A DNA stretch of 64,000 bases from an uncultured bacterium (GCA_937863685.1 CALMGM010000005.1:909046-973045), one strand, 5' to 3'. Positions 45,298-56,064 are shown, counted from the first letter of the stretch. Notes: generated from the letters alone by a model not told the origin. Made by a program: numbers and translations.

Positions 45298-46272
45298 ATG
45301 ATGGAAAACACTGCACAAAATCAGGAATCATTCAAGGACCGCTCCGGCGGATTGAAAGCCTTTGGGGTGGTGCTGATCGTGATTGGCGGTTTCAACCTGC
45401 TGATGATCCCGCTGGCGGTGCTGGGCAGCATAATGAGCCGGACCATGGATGCCGGGCAATCGGCCGGCTATTGGGTCTTCTCGCTTTTGGTAAACCTGCT
45501 GACATATCTCTTCCTGGGCGGAATATTCCTGGGGATAGGGATCGGTTCCATCAGGCTTAAGCGATGGGTTCGACCGGTGCTCCTTTCCATCGGCTGGGTG
45601 TGGCTGCTGCTGGGTCTGCTGGTCACGGCCATGATATTTTTTGTGATGCCAAAGATGATGGGAAATTTCATGTTGCCCGAAGTGTCCGACCCGTCACTTA
45701 TCGTTGGCATTGTGATCATGGTGTCCGGGGCAATGTCGATCCTCTTCATGGTCCTGTTACCGGCCCTGTTGATCTGGTTCTATTCCCAAAGTTCGGTAAA
45801 GCAGACATTGGCGGCAAAAGATCCCGGCCCGGCCTGGACCGATGCCTGCCCTCCTCCGGTGCTGGCCATGAGCATGTTCTACGGGATAAACGCCGTTTTG
45901 ACATTGCTGGCCTCTTTTTTGGGCGTGAGCTTCATTTTGGGTTCCATAATAACAGGGCTGCCTGCAGTTATGGTCACGATATTATACGGCTTGATATCGG
46001 CGTATATTTGTTACGCCCTTTACAGGCTTGATGGTCGCGGCTGGTGGACCGCCGTGGTCTCAACCGCTTTCTGGACAGTTTCATCCCTGCTGGTCTTTGC
46101 CAAGAACGATCCAATGGATATAATGGCACTAATGGGCCACAGCGACCAATTGCAATATGCCCAGGAAGGCATGACGCTGATGCTGAAGTACCAGGGATAT
46201 ATATTATGGCTGTCGGCAGTAACCCTTCTGGCATATCTTCTCTATATCAAAAAATATTTCAAGCGGGCCTGA
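45298..46272 (+). CDS. Hypothetical polytopic membrane protein
   Basis: 324 aa, 8+ predicted TM helices. Confidence 0.4.
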   Translation: MMENTAQNQESFKDRSGGLKAFGVVLIVIGGFNLLMIPLAVLGSIMSRTMDAGQSAGYWVFSLLVNLLTYLFLGGIFLGIGIGSIRLKRWVRPVLLSIGWVWLLLGLLVTAMIFFVMPKMMGNFMLPEVSDPSLIVGIVIMVSGAMSILFMVLLPALLIWFYSQSSVKQTLAAKDPGPAWTDACPPPVLAMSMFYGINAVLTLLASFLGVSFILGSIITGLPAVMVTILYGLISAYICYALYRLDGRGWWTAVVSTAFWTVSSLLVFAKNDPMDIMALMGHSDQLQYAQEGMTLMLKYQGYILWLSAVTLLAYLLYIKKYFKRA

Positions 46273-46278
46273 ACCATT

Positions 46279-46821
46279 ATGGCCGTTGTCCGAACAGTTA
46301 AGCCGGTCAAGTTTTTCCTGGGATTGATATATTCCCCGGAAGTGAGCCTGTGGGACCTGGAGCGGGAACTGCAGAAGCGCTTCGGCATCATCGACCGCAA
46401 AAGCCCGGTGCTGGATTTCAGCGGCTCCACCGACTACTATGCTCCCGAGATGGGTCCCAAGCTGTTCAGATCCTGGTGGAGTCTGTATCAGCTGGAGGAC
46501 CCGGCGAAACTGCCGGAGCTTAAGCTGTTGTCGAACCAACTGGAGGATGACTACCTGAAGGCCAGTGAAGGCAGCGGACGGATAGTGAACATAGATCCCG
46601 GTTATGTGAACGAGGCCCGGGTGATACTGGCCTCCTGCAAGGATTTTTCCCACCGGGTCTATCTGGGCCGGGGAATATACGGGGATGTCACCCTCATCTA
46701 CCGGGGTGACGGGTTCAAGCCCTTGGAGTGGACCTATCCCGACTACCAATGCCCCGAGGCTTTAAGATATTTTCAGGCATTGAAGGACGATTACCGAAAA
46801 CAGATCAAGGAGGCGAAATGA
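46279..46821 (+). CDS. DUF4416 family protein
   Basis: GYVNEARVILASCKDFSHRVYL block. Confidence 0.55.
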   Translation: MAVVRTVKPVKFFLGLIYSPEVSLWDLERELQKRFGIIDRKSPVLDFSGSTDYYAPEMGPKLFRSWWSLYQLEDPAKLPELKLLSNQLEDDYLKASEGSGRIVNIDPGYVNEARVILASCKDFSHRVYLGRGIYGDVTLIYRGDGFKPLEWTYPDYQCPEALRYFQALKDDYRKQIKEAK

Positions 46822-47288
46822 CCGAGGAGCAGAGCAAGATAATTTTGGAATGGACCGTCTTTCCGCTGGCGGAATCAAAAGCCAAGGCCCTGATAGCCAT
46901 TTTGACCCCGCCGCTGGCGATGCTGGTCATCTATCTATTTATGCAGTCCTGGCTGTGGGCCGGACTGGGCTTTTTACTGCTGTTCTCCTCGGAGTTCCCG
47001 TTCTTTCTTAAGTCCCGGTATATCTTCGACCAGCAGGGGGTGACCATGAAGCGGGGCGGGGTGACCATCGCCCGCCAGTGGGAGCAGATCAACAGCCATT
47101 ATCCCGACAAGAACGGGGTGCTGCTGTCGCCCTTTGCCAAGCAGACCTGGCTGGAAAATTTCCGGGGACTGTATCTTCAATATGGGAAACACCGGGAGGA
47201 GATCATGGCAGTGCTGAAGGACAGGGTCAAAACAGTTGAAATGTTTAAAAAGGAAGAAACGGTAAATAAAGATACGGAGCAGAAATGA
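46818..47288 (+). CDS. Hypothetical membrane-associated protein
   Basis: ATGA overlap with upstream; two TM helices then soluble domain. Confidence 0.35.
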   Translation: MTEEQSKIILEWTVFPLAESKAKALIAILTPPLAMLVIYLFMQSWLWAGLGFLLLFSSEFPFFLKSRYIFDQQGVTMKRGGVTIARQWEQINSHYPDKNGVLLSPFAKQTWLENFRGLYLQYGKHREEIMAVLKDRVKTVEMFKKEETVNKDTEQK

Positions 47289-50116
47289 AGAAGATAAGCC
47301 TGTTAATATCGCTTCTAGGGCTGTTCTCTATTAATCTCTGCCAGGCCTGGCAGCAGAGGGTGGAATACAATATCGAAGCCCGTCTGGATACGGCGGAGCA
47401 TAAGATTTATGCCATTCAACATTTGCGGTATTTCAACAACTCTCCGGATACGTTGAACAGCGTCTGGTTCTGCCTGTATCCCAACGCTTATCGGGACAAC
47501 ACCACCTTTTTCGCCCGTGAGGCCGAACAGCAGCAGGATTATAGATTACGGCACTCTTGCCCGGAGGATAAAGGATATATCGAGATCAATTCCTTGTCTC
47601 TTTCAAATATTGCCTCCGAACTTAAATGCGGAGTGGACCCCACTTCGGCCAGTCTCGAATTGCCGGGACCTTTAGCTCCGGGCGATTCCATAGACTTCTA
47701 TTTCGATTTCACGGTCAAGGTGCCGAAATTTTTCTCCCGGCTGGGCCATGACGGGAACCACTACGAGATCTCCCAGTGGTACCCCAAGATCGCCGTTTAC
47801 GATGCCAAGGGATGGCATGCCGACGGGTATCATTACATCGGCGAGTTTTACGGGGATTACGGAAGCTTTCAGGTGGGTCTGACCGTTCCCAAAGATTTCA
47901 AGATAGGTTCCACCGGAGAAGAGATACTGGATCCGGGGGATACGATTTCGCAGGCCAATGAACCGGTGTCCTATCACCTGTTTACCGCCGACAATGTCCA
48001 CGATTTTGCCTGGTGCGCCGATCCGGAATACATCCAAACCACCGAGCAGCACGGGGAGATGAGTATCACGGTGCTGGTGCGCCCCAAGGACAAGGATCGC
48101 TGGAAGAACGTGGTGCAGTACGCCAAGGATGCCCTGGATCATTACGGGAAGTGGTACGGCCCCTATCCCTACCCCACCCTGACCGTCTGCGACGGTGACA
48201 TGGCCGCCGGAGGCGGCATGGAGTATCCCAATATGGTGATAATCTCCACCGGCGAAGATAAATATACCCGGACCCTGGAGATGGTGGTGATGCACGAGAT
48301 AGGCCACCAATGGTTCTACGGCATTTTAGGCAACAACGAGATGGACGAGGCCTGGCTGGACGAGGGGATCAACTCCTTCTCCGAGCAGAGATATTTTGAG
48401 GAGAAGTACGGGCCTGATGGCAACTACCTGGCCAAGGAATCCCTGAGAAAGTTGCTGCCCGAGGCCAGCAACCGGAATGTGGGGCGGGTGATTCCCTATC
48501 TGTATTTCGCCAATAGAATGGACCAGCCGGTCGATACCAGGGCCTGCATCTCCGGGGAAATGGGGCAGTATGCCGTCAGTGCCTACATGAAACCGGCGGC
48601 CATGATGTGGTGGTTGAAGGAATATCTGGGGAATTCGGCTTTCGATAGGGTGATGCGGGGCTATTACCGCGACAACCGGTTCCGGCATGTCAATACCGAA
48701 AAATTCTATGAAGCGGTGGAAAGATATTCACAAAAAGACGTCAAGCCATATTTTGCCCCCTGGTTAAAAACCATCGGAAAAAGCGATTACTCGGTGGTTT
48801 CGGTGCGTCAGATAACGGAACAGAAAAACACCTACAGCATCACCCTGGCCAGAAACAGCGGCCTGGCCGTTCCGTTGAAGTTTGAGGCCGCGGATGCCAT
48901 CAATAAGAAATATGAGGTCTCTTGGAGCGGCACGGGAGAGGACACCACCTTTCTGCTGCAGACCGACGGCAAGCTGGTCTCCGCCGTGATCGATCCCGAC
49001 AATGTTTTATTGGAGACCAATCGCTGGAATAATTGCAGGCCCCGGAAATATAAGATAACCTTGGGCCCCAGGCTGCCGTCCTTCGAATCGTACAACATGT
49101 TCTGGCTGCCGGTTCCCTGGTACGATAACGTCAACGGATTTCGGCTGGGAACCATGCTGCACGGGGCCCATATGGCCGACGGCGATCCCATGGTGGGCCG
49201 GCACCAGTGGACCTTCTCGCCGTTCTACGGATTCAAAACAAAGGAGCTCAGCTTCAGCGCCGACTACCAGACCCCGCTGGGCTCGCGCCCCCGGCCACCC
49301 CGGGGATATCTTACCGCCGGGTCGGCCTTCGACATCAACTACGCCGGAGTGGGGTTAAAAAGGAAATGGGGCTCAAGGTTGATGCTTGATCCCACCGAAA
49401 ATTTCGATATCAGGCTGGATTATACCCGCTACAAGGATTACCGCTTCTGGGATCCCCGGGACGTGGACACCGCGGCGGTGGTCAGCCTGATGGCCCAGCG
49501 GGGATACGATCTGACCCAGCACTGGGGCCGGTCGTCGTTCCTCAGCCGGATAACATTGGGCTATCTGCAGAGGCCGGAGGCGGACATCAACAACTATCTT
49601 AAATTTGAGCTGGAGGAGAAGCTCACTTTCAGGATCAACAAATATATCAACCCCAGGTTCCGTCTGGTGACGGGATACATTCAGGGGCCGGCCCCGGCCC
49701 AGGAGCAGTTCTTTCTGGCCGGAAGCTTCAAGACCACCGGACTGGACAATATGCTGGCCTCAGGGCGCGACTGGTTCTCCACCCAGGAACGTTATCATGT
49801 GGACGGCGGGGCCAACCTTCCCGGCTACTATGGGACCCATATACGGGGAAAGAATCTTTGGGCGGTCAACATGACCCTGCCCATAATGAAGAGCCCGGCA
49901 TCGTTCTTTGCCGGGGCCGGGCAGGTGGCCAACGACTGGTTGGAGTTCACCGCCAGGAGTATCCGGGCAGACGCCGGGCTGTCGCTGGGTCTGGGGCCGA
50001 TGCGGCTGATGTTCCCGCTGTGGATAAACCGGCCGGAGCAGGGCCAGAAGCAGTTCGACTGGCGGTGGACCATCGGCTTCGGCGGCAGCGGCCAAGGAAT
50101 GAGCATAAAATTCTAA
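47285..50116 (+). CDS. Secreted M1-family zinc metallopeptidase (aminopeptidase N-like) with large C-terminal region
   Basis: Signal peptide; VMHEIGHQWFYG...EAWLDEGINSFSE = HExxH-x18-E gluzincin motif. Confidence 0.7.
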   Translation: MKKISLLISLLGLFSINLCQAWQQRVEYNIEARLDTAEHKIYAIQHLRYFNNSPDTLNSVWFCLYPNAYRDNTTFFAREAEQQQDYRLRHSCPEDKGYIEINSLSLSNIASELKCGVDPTSASLELPGPLAPGDSIDFYFDFTVKVPKFFSRLGHDGNHYEISQWYPKIAVYDAKGWHADGYHYIGEFYGDYGSFQVGLTVPKDFKIGSTGEEILDPGDTISQANEPVSYHLFTADNVHDFAWCADPEYIQTTEQHGEMSITVLVRPKDKDRWKNVVQYAKDALDHYGKWYGPYPYPTLTVCDGDMAAGGGMEYPNMVIISTGEDKYTRTLEMVVMHEIGHQWFYGILGNNEMDEAWLDEGINSFSEQRYFEEKYGPDGNYLAKESLRKLLPEASNRNVGRVIPYLYFANRMDQPVDTRACISGEMGQYAVSAYMKPAAMMWWLKEYLGNSAFDRVMRGYYRDNRFRHVNTEKFYEAVERYSQKDVKPYFAPWLKTIGKSDYSVVSVRQITEQKNTYSITLARNSGLAVPLKFEAADAINKKYEVSWSGTGEDTTFLLQTDGKLVSAVIDPDNVLLETNRWNNCRPRKYKITLGPRLPSFESYNMFWLPVPWYDNVNGFRLGTMLHGAHMADGDPMVGRHQWTFSPFYGFKTKELSFSADYQTPLGSRPRPPRGYLTAGSAFDINYAGVGLKRKWGSRLMLDPTENFDIRLDYTRYKDYRFWDPRDVDTAAVVSLMAQRGYDLTQHWGRSSFLSRITLGYLQRPEADINNYLKFELEEKLTFRINKYINPRFRLVTGYIQGPAPAQEQFFLAGSFKTTGLDNMLASGRDWFSTQERYHVDGGANLPGYYGTHIRGKNLWAVNMTLPIMKSPASFFAGAGQVANDWLEFTARSIRADAGLSLGLGPMRLMFPLWINRPEQGQKQFDWRWTIGFGGSGQGMSIKF

Positions 50117-50168
50117 GGACATTGCCCATATAAAATCTTGCGAAGTTAAATATACAAAAGAGACGTAG

Positions 50169-51230
50169 ATGAATAAATATTTTATCATCCTTACAATGCT
50201 TTGTGTAACATCAGTGTTAAATGCTCAAAGCCTCGAAGACCTGGAGTCTCTTTATGGACAAGGAAAATTTAATGAGGTTATAGATAATTCAGCAAATATG
50301 CTGGCTAACGAACCAGATGACCCGATAATTAATATGTTGGTGGGAAGATCTTACGCAGATAAGATGAATTTTGAGGAAGCCATACCATATTTGAGAAAGG
50401 CAATAGAAAGCGATAGAACCAATTCATGGCCCAAAGCCTGGTCGTTAGTTTATCTGGGGTCGTGTTATTTTGCCATCGGCAACCGTGAGGAATCTATTAA
50501 ATATATCAAGGAATGTATATCGATGAATGCGACCAAGAATGTTACAAACAGTGCCTTAATTAAAAACGTGCTTTTCGGTTTCGACCAAAGTTATAATAAT
50601 TGGGAAGCAAGAGAGACGGAACATTTTGTCTTTCACTTTCAACCGCTATCGCTCAAAGATATAAATGATATTGACAAATATATTAAAATCCGGGAAATGG
50701 CTTTTATGCATATAAGTGAGTTTTTTGTCAGCAATTTGCCAAAGAAAATAGATTTTTTTATCTGGCATTCCCGAGAAGATATCAAAGCTGTTCTCAAATC
50801 AAACGGAGGTTTTGCAAAACCTGAATATTGCATTATCCATGCTTGTTTTGATCAAACTCCCGGTCATGAGATTACCCATGTCGTTTCAAATTATACAGCG
50901 ACGGTTATAAATAAAACCGTTCTAATCAACGAGGGAACAGCCGTTTACTTTGACCAAACAAGTCGCGATCAATTGGCCTTAGCTAGGAAAGCCATAAAAG
51001 AAAAAGGCTACTCAAGCATCTCTCTTAAGGAGATATGGAATAATCGTGTTATGCCGGAAGCTGTGATGTATCCGATTGGCGGCGCATTCGTAAAATACTT
51101 GATAGATACCGAAGGAAAAGACAAATATCTTGAATTATTTAAAGACCAGACATATCAAAACGGCCATAAAATATACGGCGATAAATTTGAAAAGATTGTT
51201 TCCGAATTCGAAAACAGTTTGTTTCAGTAA
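50169..51230 (+). CDS. Secreted TPR-containing protein with possible HExxH motif; strongly AT-rich
   Basis: Signal peptide MNKYFIILTMLCVTSVLNAQS; PGHEITHVV; GC about 35% vs about 60% flanks. Confidence 0.4.
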   Translation: MNKYFIILTMLCVTSVLNAQSLEDLESLYGQGKFNEVIDNSANMLANEPDDPIINMLVGRSYADKMNFEEAIPYLRKAIESDRTNSWPKAWSLVYLGSCYFAIGNREESIKYIKECISMNATKNVTNSALIKNVLFGFDQSYNNWEARETEHFVFHFQPLSLKDINDIDKYIKIREMAFMHISEFFVSNLPKKIDFFIWHSREDIKAVLKSNGGFAKPEYCIIHACFDQTPGHEITHVVSNYTATVINKTVLINEGTAVYFDQTSRDQLALARKAIKEKGYSSISLKEIWNNRVMPEAVMYPIGGAFVKYLIDTEGKDKYLELFKDQTYQNGHKIYGDKFEKIVSEFENSLFQ

Positions 51231-51291
51231 TATTGTTTTCCGAACATACTTCAAAAATCCTGAACAAATTCATATTGAAAGAAAAATATAA

Positions 51292-52059
51292 TTGATGGCG
51301 CAACTTGGTTTGGCCCTGATCCAGATGCGATGCGAGAAGGCGGCCATAGGAGACAATATAAAAGAGATGCGCCGTTATCTCGGCCAGGCCAAAGATGCCA
51401 AGGCAGACATCGTCTGCTTTCCCGAGATGAGCATCACCGGGTACATTGACCCACAACAGCATCCGGAGGCGGTCATCGCCAGGGACCACCCAGCCATCAA
51501 AGAGATCACCGGATTAAGCCGGGAATACCATACCACCATCATCGCCGGATTCGTGGAGGATAACCCTTCGGGAAAGCCTTTCATTACCCAATTTATCGCA
51601 GAAGGAAGTTCGATAAAGGGATATTACCGGAAAAAGACCATCAAGGAGGATGAAGCCGAGTGGTTCAGTCCGGGTGGTGACCAGCCGGTCTTTTCACATT
51701 CTGGTATAAAATACGGCCTGTCCATCTGTGCCGATATCGACGATGAAAACATCTTTAAGGAGCTGGCCCACCAGGGGGCCAAACTGGTCATAGAATGCGC
51801 CGCGCCAGGCCTTTACGGGGACCAGAAGACCAGGAACTGGCAGGAGGGTTACGATTGGTGGAGGGGAGAATGCTTCGGTAAGCTGGGCAAATATGCCGCC
51901 GACAACGGCATCCATATTGCCGTAGCCACCCAGGCCGGCCGGACGGTGGATGAGGATTTCCCCGGGGGCGGATATCTTTTCTCCCCGGAGGGAAAATGCC
52001 TGGCACAATCGGGTGACTGGAAGGAGGGAATGCTGCTGGTGAAGATCCCGACAGACTGA
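51292..52059 (+). CDS. Carbon-nitrogen hydrolase (nitrilase superfamily)
   Basis: ADIVCFPEMSITGY, catalytic Cys region GLSICAD. Confidence 0.75.
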   Translation: MMAQLGLALIQMRCEKAAIGDNIKEMRRYLGQAKDAKADIVCFPEMSITGYIDPQQHPEAVIARDHPAIKEITGLSREYHTTIIAGFVEDNPSGKPFITQFIAEGSSIKGYYRKKTIKEDEAEWFSPGGDQPVFSHSGIKYGLSICADIDDENIFKELAHQGAKLVIECAAPGLYGDQKTRNWQEGYDWWRGECFGKLGKYAADNGIHIAVATQAGRTVDEDFPGGGYLFSPEGKCLAQSGDWKEGMLLVKIPTD

Positions 52060-52081
52060 TGTCTTGATATCCCCAATATAA

Positions 52082-52108
52082 AAGCCCCGCTGTTGACGGG
52101 GCTTTTAT
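52082..52108. terminator. Bidirectional rho-independent terminator (agccccg-ctgttga-cggggct, A/T flanks)
   Basis: Between convergent CN-hydrolase and SurA-like genes. Confidence 0.6.
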
Positions 52109-52122
52109 ATTGGCTGTCTCGA

Positions 52123-53409
52123 CTATAATTTCCGTTCGATGAAATACTGGGTCTTCAGTTTTTTCATCCAGGCCTCGTAGAGATCCTGCATCTTTTTGGA
52201 TTTCAGGTACTCGGTCAGTTGGTCTTTGACCGCCTCCAAGGTGGCGGACTTGGCTGGGTAGCGCTTCTCCAGCTTGACGATATGGAACCCGGTGGGGGTC
52301 TCGATCACATCGCTGATCTCGCCCTCTTTCAGGATGGCCAGCTCGTCCTTGATCTCGGAGGGGAAGCCCTCCACCGGTATGCCCATCAGCCGGCCGTCGG
52401 TATTCTTGGCTTCGGGGTCGTCGGAGTAGGTCTTGGCCACCTTGTTGAAATTTTCCTTGCCGACTATCACCCTCTCATGCAGTGCAGTGGCCGTTCTTTT
52501 GGCCTTGGCCATATCGGCCTCAGAGGGGATGATCGAGATCAGGATATGGGCGGCATGGACCTGATCATCCTTCTTCTCCAGCAGCTTGATTATATGGAAT
52601 CCGAACTGGGTGACGATCACCCCGGAAACCTGTCCCGGCTTGAGGGCGAAGGCCGCCTGTTCGAATTCGGGGACCATCTGGTTGCGGCCGAACCAGCCCA
52701 GGTCGCCGCCGTTGGGGGCGGATCCCGGGTCCTGGGAATATTTTTTGGCCACCTCGGCAAAGGGTTTCTTCAGTTTGAGCTGGTTCAGCACCTGCTGGAC
52801 CTTGGCCTGGGCGTCGGTCTTGGATTTCTGGCCCGGCTTGGGGGCTATCAATATGTGCGAAAGATCGACCTTCTCCGGCTCGCCGGGGATGGAATCCCTG
52901 TGGCTGGCAAAGAAGGCCTCCAGCTCCTTGGTGGTGGGAGGGGTGACCTGGGGACGGAGCTTGCGGTCTATCAGCCGCTGAACGGTCAGCATCTTCTTTA
53001 CCTCGTCACGGTGCTTGCCCTTGAGCTGGGCTATGGTAGTGCCCTCCGTCTTCAGCTGGGCGTTGAACTGCTCCTCGGTGGGGAACTGCGATCGCATCTC
53101 GGCGATCCGCTGGTCAAGCACTTCGTCTATCTCGGCATCTTTGACAAAAATGGATTCCTTCTTGGCCTCGGCCAGCATCACGTAATTCTCGATCTTCTGC
53201 TCCAGGGCCATTTTGCGCAGCGAATCCAGCGGGGTGGGGTCCTGGGGGACCTGCATCCGGTAAAGCTGAACCTGGCGGTCCACCTCGCTCTTGAGGATCG
53301 GCTGGTCGCCCACCCTTCCGATGACAGCATCCAGGGTATCGCCGGCCCAGGCGGTGCAGGCGAACAAAAGCAATGAGGCCAGCAGGAATTTGGAAATGTT
53401 CATTATCAC
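52123..53409 (-). CDS. SurA-like periplasmic chaperone / parvulin PPIase (two PpiC domains)
   Basis: Signal peptide; DLGWFGRNQMVPEFEQAAF...GFHIIKL parvulin motifs. Confidence 0.7.
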   Translation of the reverse strand: MIMNISKFLLASLLLFACTAWAGDTLDAVIGRVGDQPILKSEVDRQVQLYRMQVPQDPTPLDSLRKMALEQKIENYVMLAEAKKESIFVKDAEIDEVLDQRIAEMRSQFPTEEQFNAQLKTEGTTIAQLKGKHRDEVKKMLTVQRLIDRKLRPQVTPPTTKELEAFFASHRDSIPGEPEKVDLSHILIAPKPGQKSKTDAQAKVQQVLNQLKLKKPFAEVAKKYSQDPGSAPNGGDLGWFGRNQMVPEFEQAAFALKPGQVSGVIVTQFGFHIIKLLEKKDDQVHAAHILISIIPSEADMAKAKRTATALHERVIVGKENFNKVAKTYSDDPEAKNTDGRLMGIPVEGFPSEIKDELAILKEGEISDVIETPTGFHIVKLEKRYPAKSATLEAVKDQLTEYLKSKKMQDLYEAWMKKLKTQYFIERKL

Positions 53410-53443
53410 CTCTCGTAAATAATAGGCTTGGGTTGAGCTGATG

Positions 53444-54271
53444 TTATTTTATCAATTCCGGATGGCTTTCCACCTTGGAGACCTGGCGCAGGCTGTCGCT
53501 GACATGGTCAAACCGGTTCTTCTGTCTGAACATGGTGAGCCCGTAAACCAGATCGTCCCTGATATCCTCAAATTTCACCCCCTGGGGGGAGGTCCGGCGG
53601 TCGGTGACCTTCATGATATGGAAACCGTCCGACAGCTTGATGGGTTCGGACACCCCGCCCTTTTTAAGAGAGAAGACCTTCTCCTCGAAATCGATCGGGA
53701 TCTGGCCGCTGCCGCGCCTTAGATATATGCCCAGATCGCCGCCCTTGTCCTTGGTGGTGGGATCCAGAGATTTCTCCCGGGCCAGCTTGGCGAAATCCTC
53801 GCCGTTATCCAGCGAAGCTTTGATCATCTGGGCCTGGTCGGCGGTGGCGGCTAGTATCTGGCTGAGCTTTATTTCACTCTGATATTCCTCCTGATGGGCG
53901 TCGAAATATTCCTTGGCCTCGTTTTCGGCGACCTTCAGCTTCTCCACGATCTCCTTCTGGATGAACTGGTTGGCCAGGATCTCCTTCTGCAAGTCGCGGA
54001 TCTGTTTGGCTATCTTGGCATCCTTGTCCAAGCCTTTTTTAATTGCCTCCTGGTAGAAAAGCTCGGTATTAACCCAACGGCGGACGAACTCCTCCTTCTG
54101 GGCCGGGGGCACATTGGTCATTCCCTCGGGCAGGATGTCGTTAAAATCCTGCTGAACCAACACGGCTTTATTGACCCTGGCAATGGCCGGTTGGTCCGAA
54201 GGTTCCTTCCCGCATCCGAATACCACCAGCCCCAGCAATGTCATTGAGATCAAAATTCTGTACATGATCAT
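53444..54271 (-). CDS. Parvulin-type PPIase lipoprotein (PrsA/SurA-like)
   Basis: Lipobox VFGCGK; GGDLGIYLRRG...GFHIMKV. Confidence 0.65.
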   Translation of the reverse strand: MIMYRILISMTLLGLVVFGCGKEPSDQPAIARVNKAVLVQQDFNDILPEGMTNVPPAQKEEFVRRWVNTELFYQEAIKKGLDKDAKIAKQIRDLQKEILANQFIQKEIVEKLKVAENEAKEYFDAHQEEYQSEIKLSQILAATADQAQMIKASLDNGEDFAKLAREKSLDPTTKDKGGDLGIYLRRGSGQIPIDFEEKVFSLKKGGVSEPIKLSDGFHIMKVTDRRTSPQGVKFEDIRDDLVYGLTMFRQKNRFDHVSDSLRQVSKVESHPELIK

Positions 54272-55926
54272 TTCTCCTCGATAACGGGTGAAGCCTCGGC
54301 CTTCTCCAGCAGGGCCTGGTCGATCTTGATCGGGTATTTGGTCTTAAGGGAAGCCAACAGGTCGCCCATTATGGTCTCTTCCTGAGCCTGGCGCAGCTTA
54401 TATTCTATCTCCCGCTGGGATTCCTCAAAACTCCGCTGCTTGGCGGGGGTCTTCTCGGTGACCCTGATCACGGCAAAATTATTGCGATAAGCGAAGGGCC
54501 GGCTGGGCTGATTGAGGGACATGCCGAAGGCCATCCGAGAAAGCTCCGGAAGCTCGGCATCGTTGCTCTCCACCCACCTGAGGGCTCCGCCGGAAGCCTT
54601 GGAGGGGTCAACCGAGCGTTCCCGGGCCAGCTGGGAAAAATCGGCCCCTTTGGACAACAGGTCGTAGATCTCCTGGGCCTGGGCCTTTTCCGGCACGGCG
54701 ATGATGTGGACCAGGGCTTTGGCCGGCTGAAAGAATTCCTTTTTATTGTCCTGGTAATATTTCTTGACCTGGTCTGGATTGAGCATCACCTTGCCGGCCA
54801 CCTCCTCGCGGTAGACGGCCTCGGCCAGCATGTTATCCCTGGTCCGGTCGAGCTGGGCCTTGACCTTGGGGTTCTGTTCCAGGCCCTTGGACCTGGCCCG
54901 GGCCAGCAGCAGGTCGCTGACGACCAGGCCCTCCAGCTGTTCCTTAAGCCGGTCGGCCTGGTTCAGGTCCACTACGCCACGCATGTAGCGGTTGACCATA
55001 TCATAAAGGTTCTGTACGGTCCAGGAGCCGCCGTTATAGGTGATGACGGTCTTCTTCAGTTCTTCGGGGGAGGCCTGAGGCAGGACCGGCACCTGGCCAG
55101 GAATCTGTTTAGCGGCCAGGGCCTTGATGATGTCGTCCTTGATCTTTATATTGGCACCTTCACGAAGCTTGGTGATGTACTTGTTGGCCAATTCCCTGGG
55201 CCGGGTAAAGGCGAGCTGCTGTTTGATGCGGTCCTTCATCTCTTCAAAAGGCTGGAGAGGCACATCGCGCAGTGAGTCCAGCCGGATGATGTGGAAGCCG
55301 AAAGCGGACTTCACCGGTTTGCTGATCTGGCCCGGCTTCATGGAAAAGGCCGCCGATTGGAACTCCTCGACCATCTTGCCCCAGCCGAACCAACCCAGGT
55401 CCCCTCCCCGCTGAGCGGAATTCCGGTCGACCGATTGGCTGGCAGCCAGCTGGGTAAAATCACCGCCGTCTTTCAGGGCTTTGGCCACCTGCTTGGCCTC
55501 CTCTTCTGTCTTTACCAGGATATGGCTGGCTTTGACCTCGCGGCCCAGCTTTTCATGGAACTTCTTGACGTCCGAATCGGAAGGTTGAGCCCTTTTTACG
55601 ATCTCCTCCTTATAAAGCTCCTGCAGCAGGATATTCTTTTTGAGTTCTTCAAGGTCCTGGGTCAGCTTGGGATCCTTGTTCATTCCCCTGGCAACCGCCT
55701 CGTTGACCATCAGTTTCTGCTCGGTCATCCGGTCGATCAATTCCTGCTTGCCGGCCAAAACAGCGACCGAATCTCCCGGGATCATCGGGAGCTTGTAGGC
55801 GTCCTCGAACTCGCCCAGGGTTATCTTGCTGCTGCCCACTGTGGCCAGGGTTTTATTCCGGCGGCCGCAGGCGGCCAGCGCTAAGGTCAAGCTTAAAATC
55901 AGGGCGATTGAAAGCCATCTTTTCAT
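54268..55926 (-). CDS. SurA-like periplasmic chaperone / parvulin PPIase
   Basis: Lipobox LAACGR; GGDLGWFGWGKMVEEFQSAAF...GFHIIRL. Confidence 0.7.
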   Translation of the reverse strand: MKRWLSIALILSLTLALAACGRRNKTLATVGSSKITLGEFEDAYKLPMIPGDSVAVLAGKQELIDRMTEQKLMVNEAVARGMNKDPKLTQDLEELKKNILLQELYKEEIVKRAQPSDSDVKKFHEKLGREVKASHILVKTEEEAKQVAKALKDGGDFTQLAASQSVDRNSAQRGGDLGWFGWGKMVEEFQSAAFSMKPGQISKPVKSAFGFHIIRLDSLRDVPLQPFEEMKDRIKQQLAFTRPRELANKYITKLREGANIKIKDDIIKALAAKQIPGQVPVLPQASPEELKKTVITYNGGSWTVQNLYDMVNRYMRGVVDLNQADRLKEQLEGLVVSDLLLARARSKGLEQNPKVKAQLDRTRDNMLAEAVYREEVAGKVMLNPDQVKKYYQDNKKEFFQPAKALVHIIAVPEKAQAQEIYDLLSKGADFSQLARERSVDPSKASGGALRWVESNDAELPELSRMAFGMSLNQPSRPFAYRNNFAVIRVTEKTPAKQRSFEESQREIEYKLRQAQEETIMGDLLASLKTKYPIKIDQALLEKAEASPVIEEK

Positions 55927-56064
55927 TCTTCGTATACTCCTTAAAATATTGGATTAAATTATTAACGGATATTCAGATGCAAGTCAAAAGTCTATCATAG
56001 TTTGCCGCTGTTTGCAATATGATTTTTCAAAATAATCCGGCCCGGCCCTGAAGCAGAAATATAT

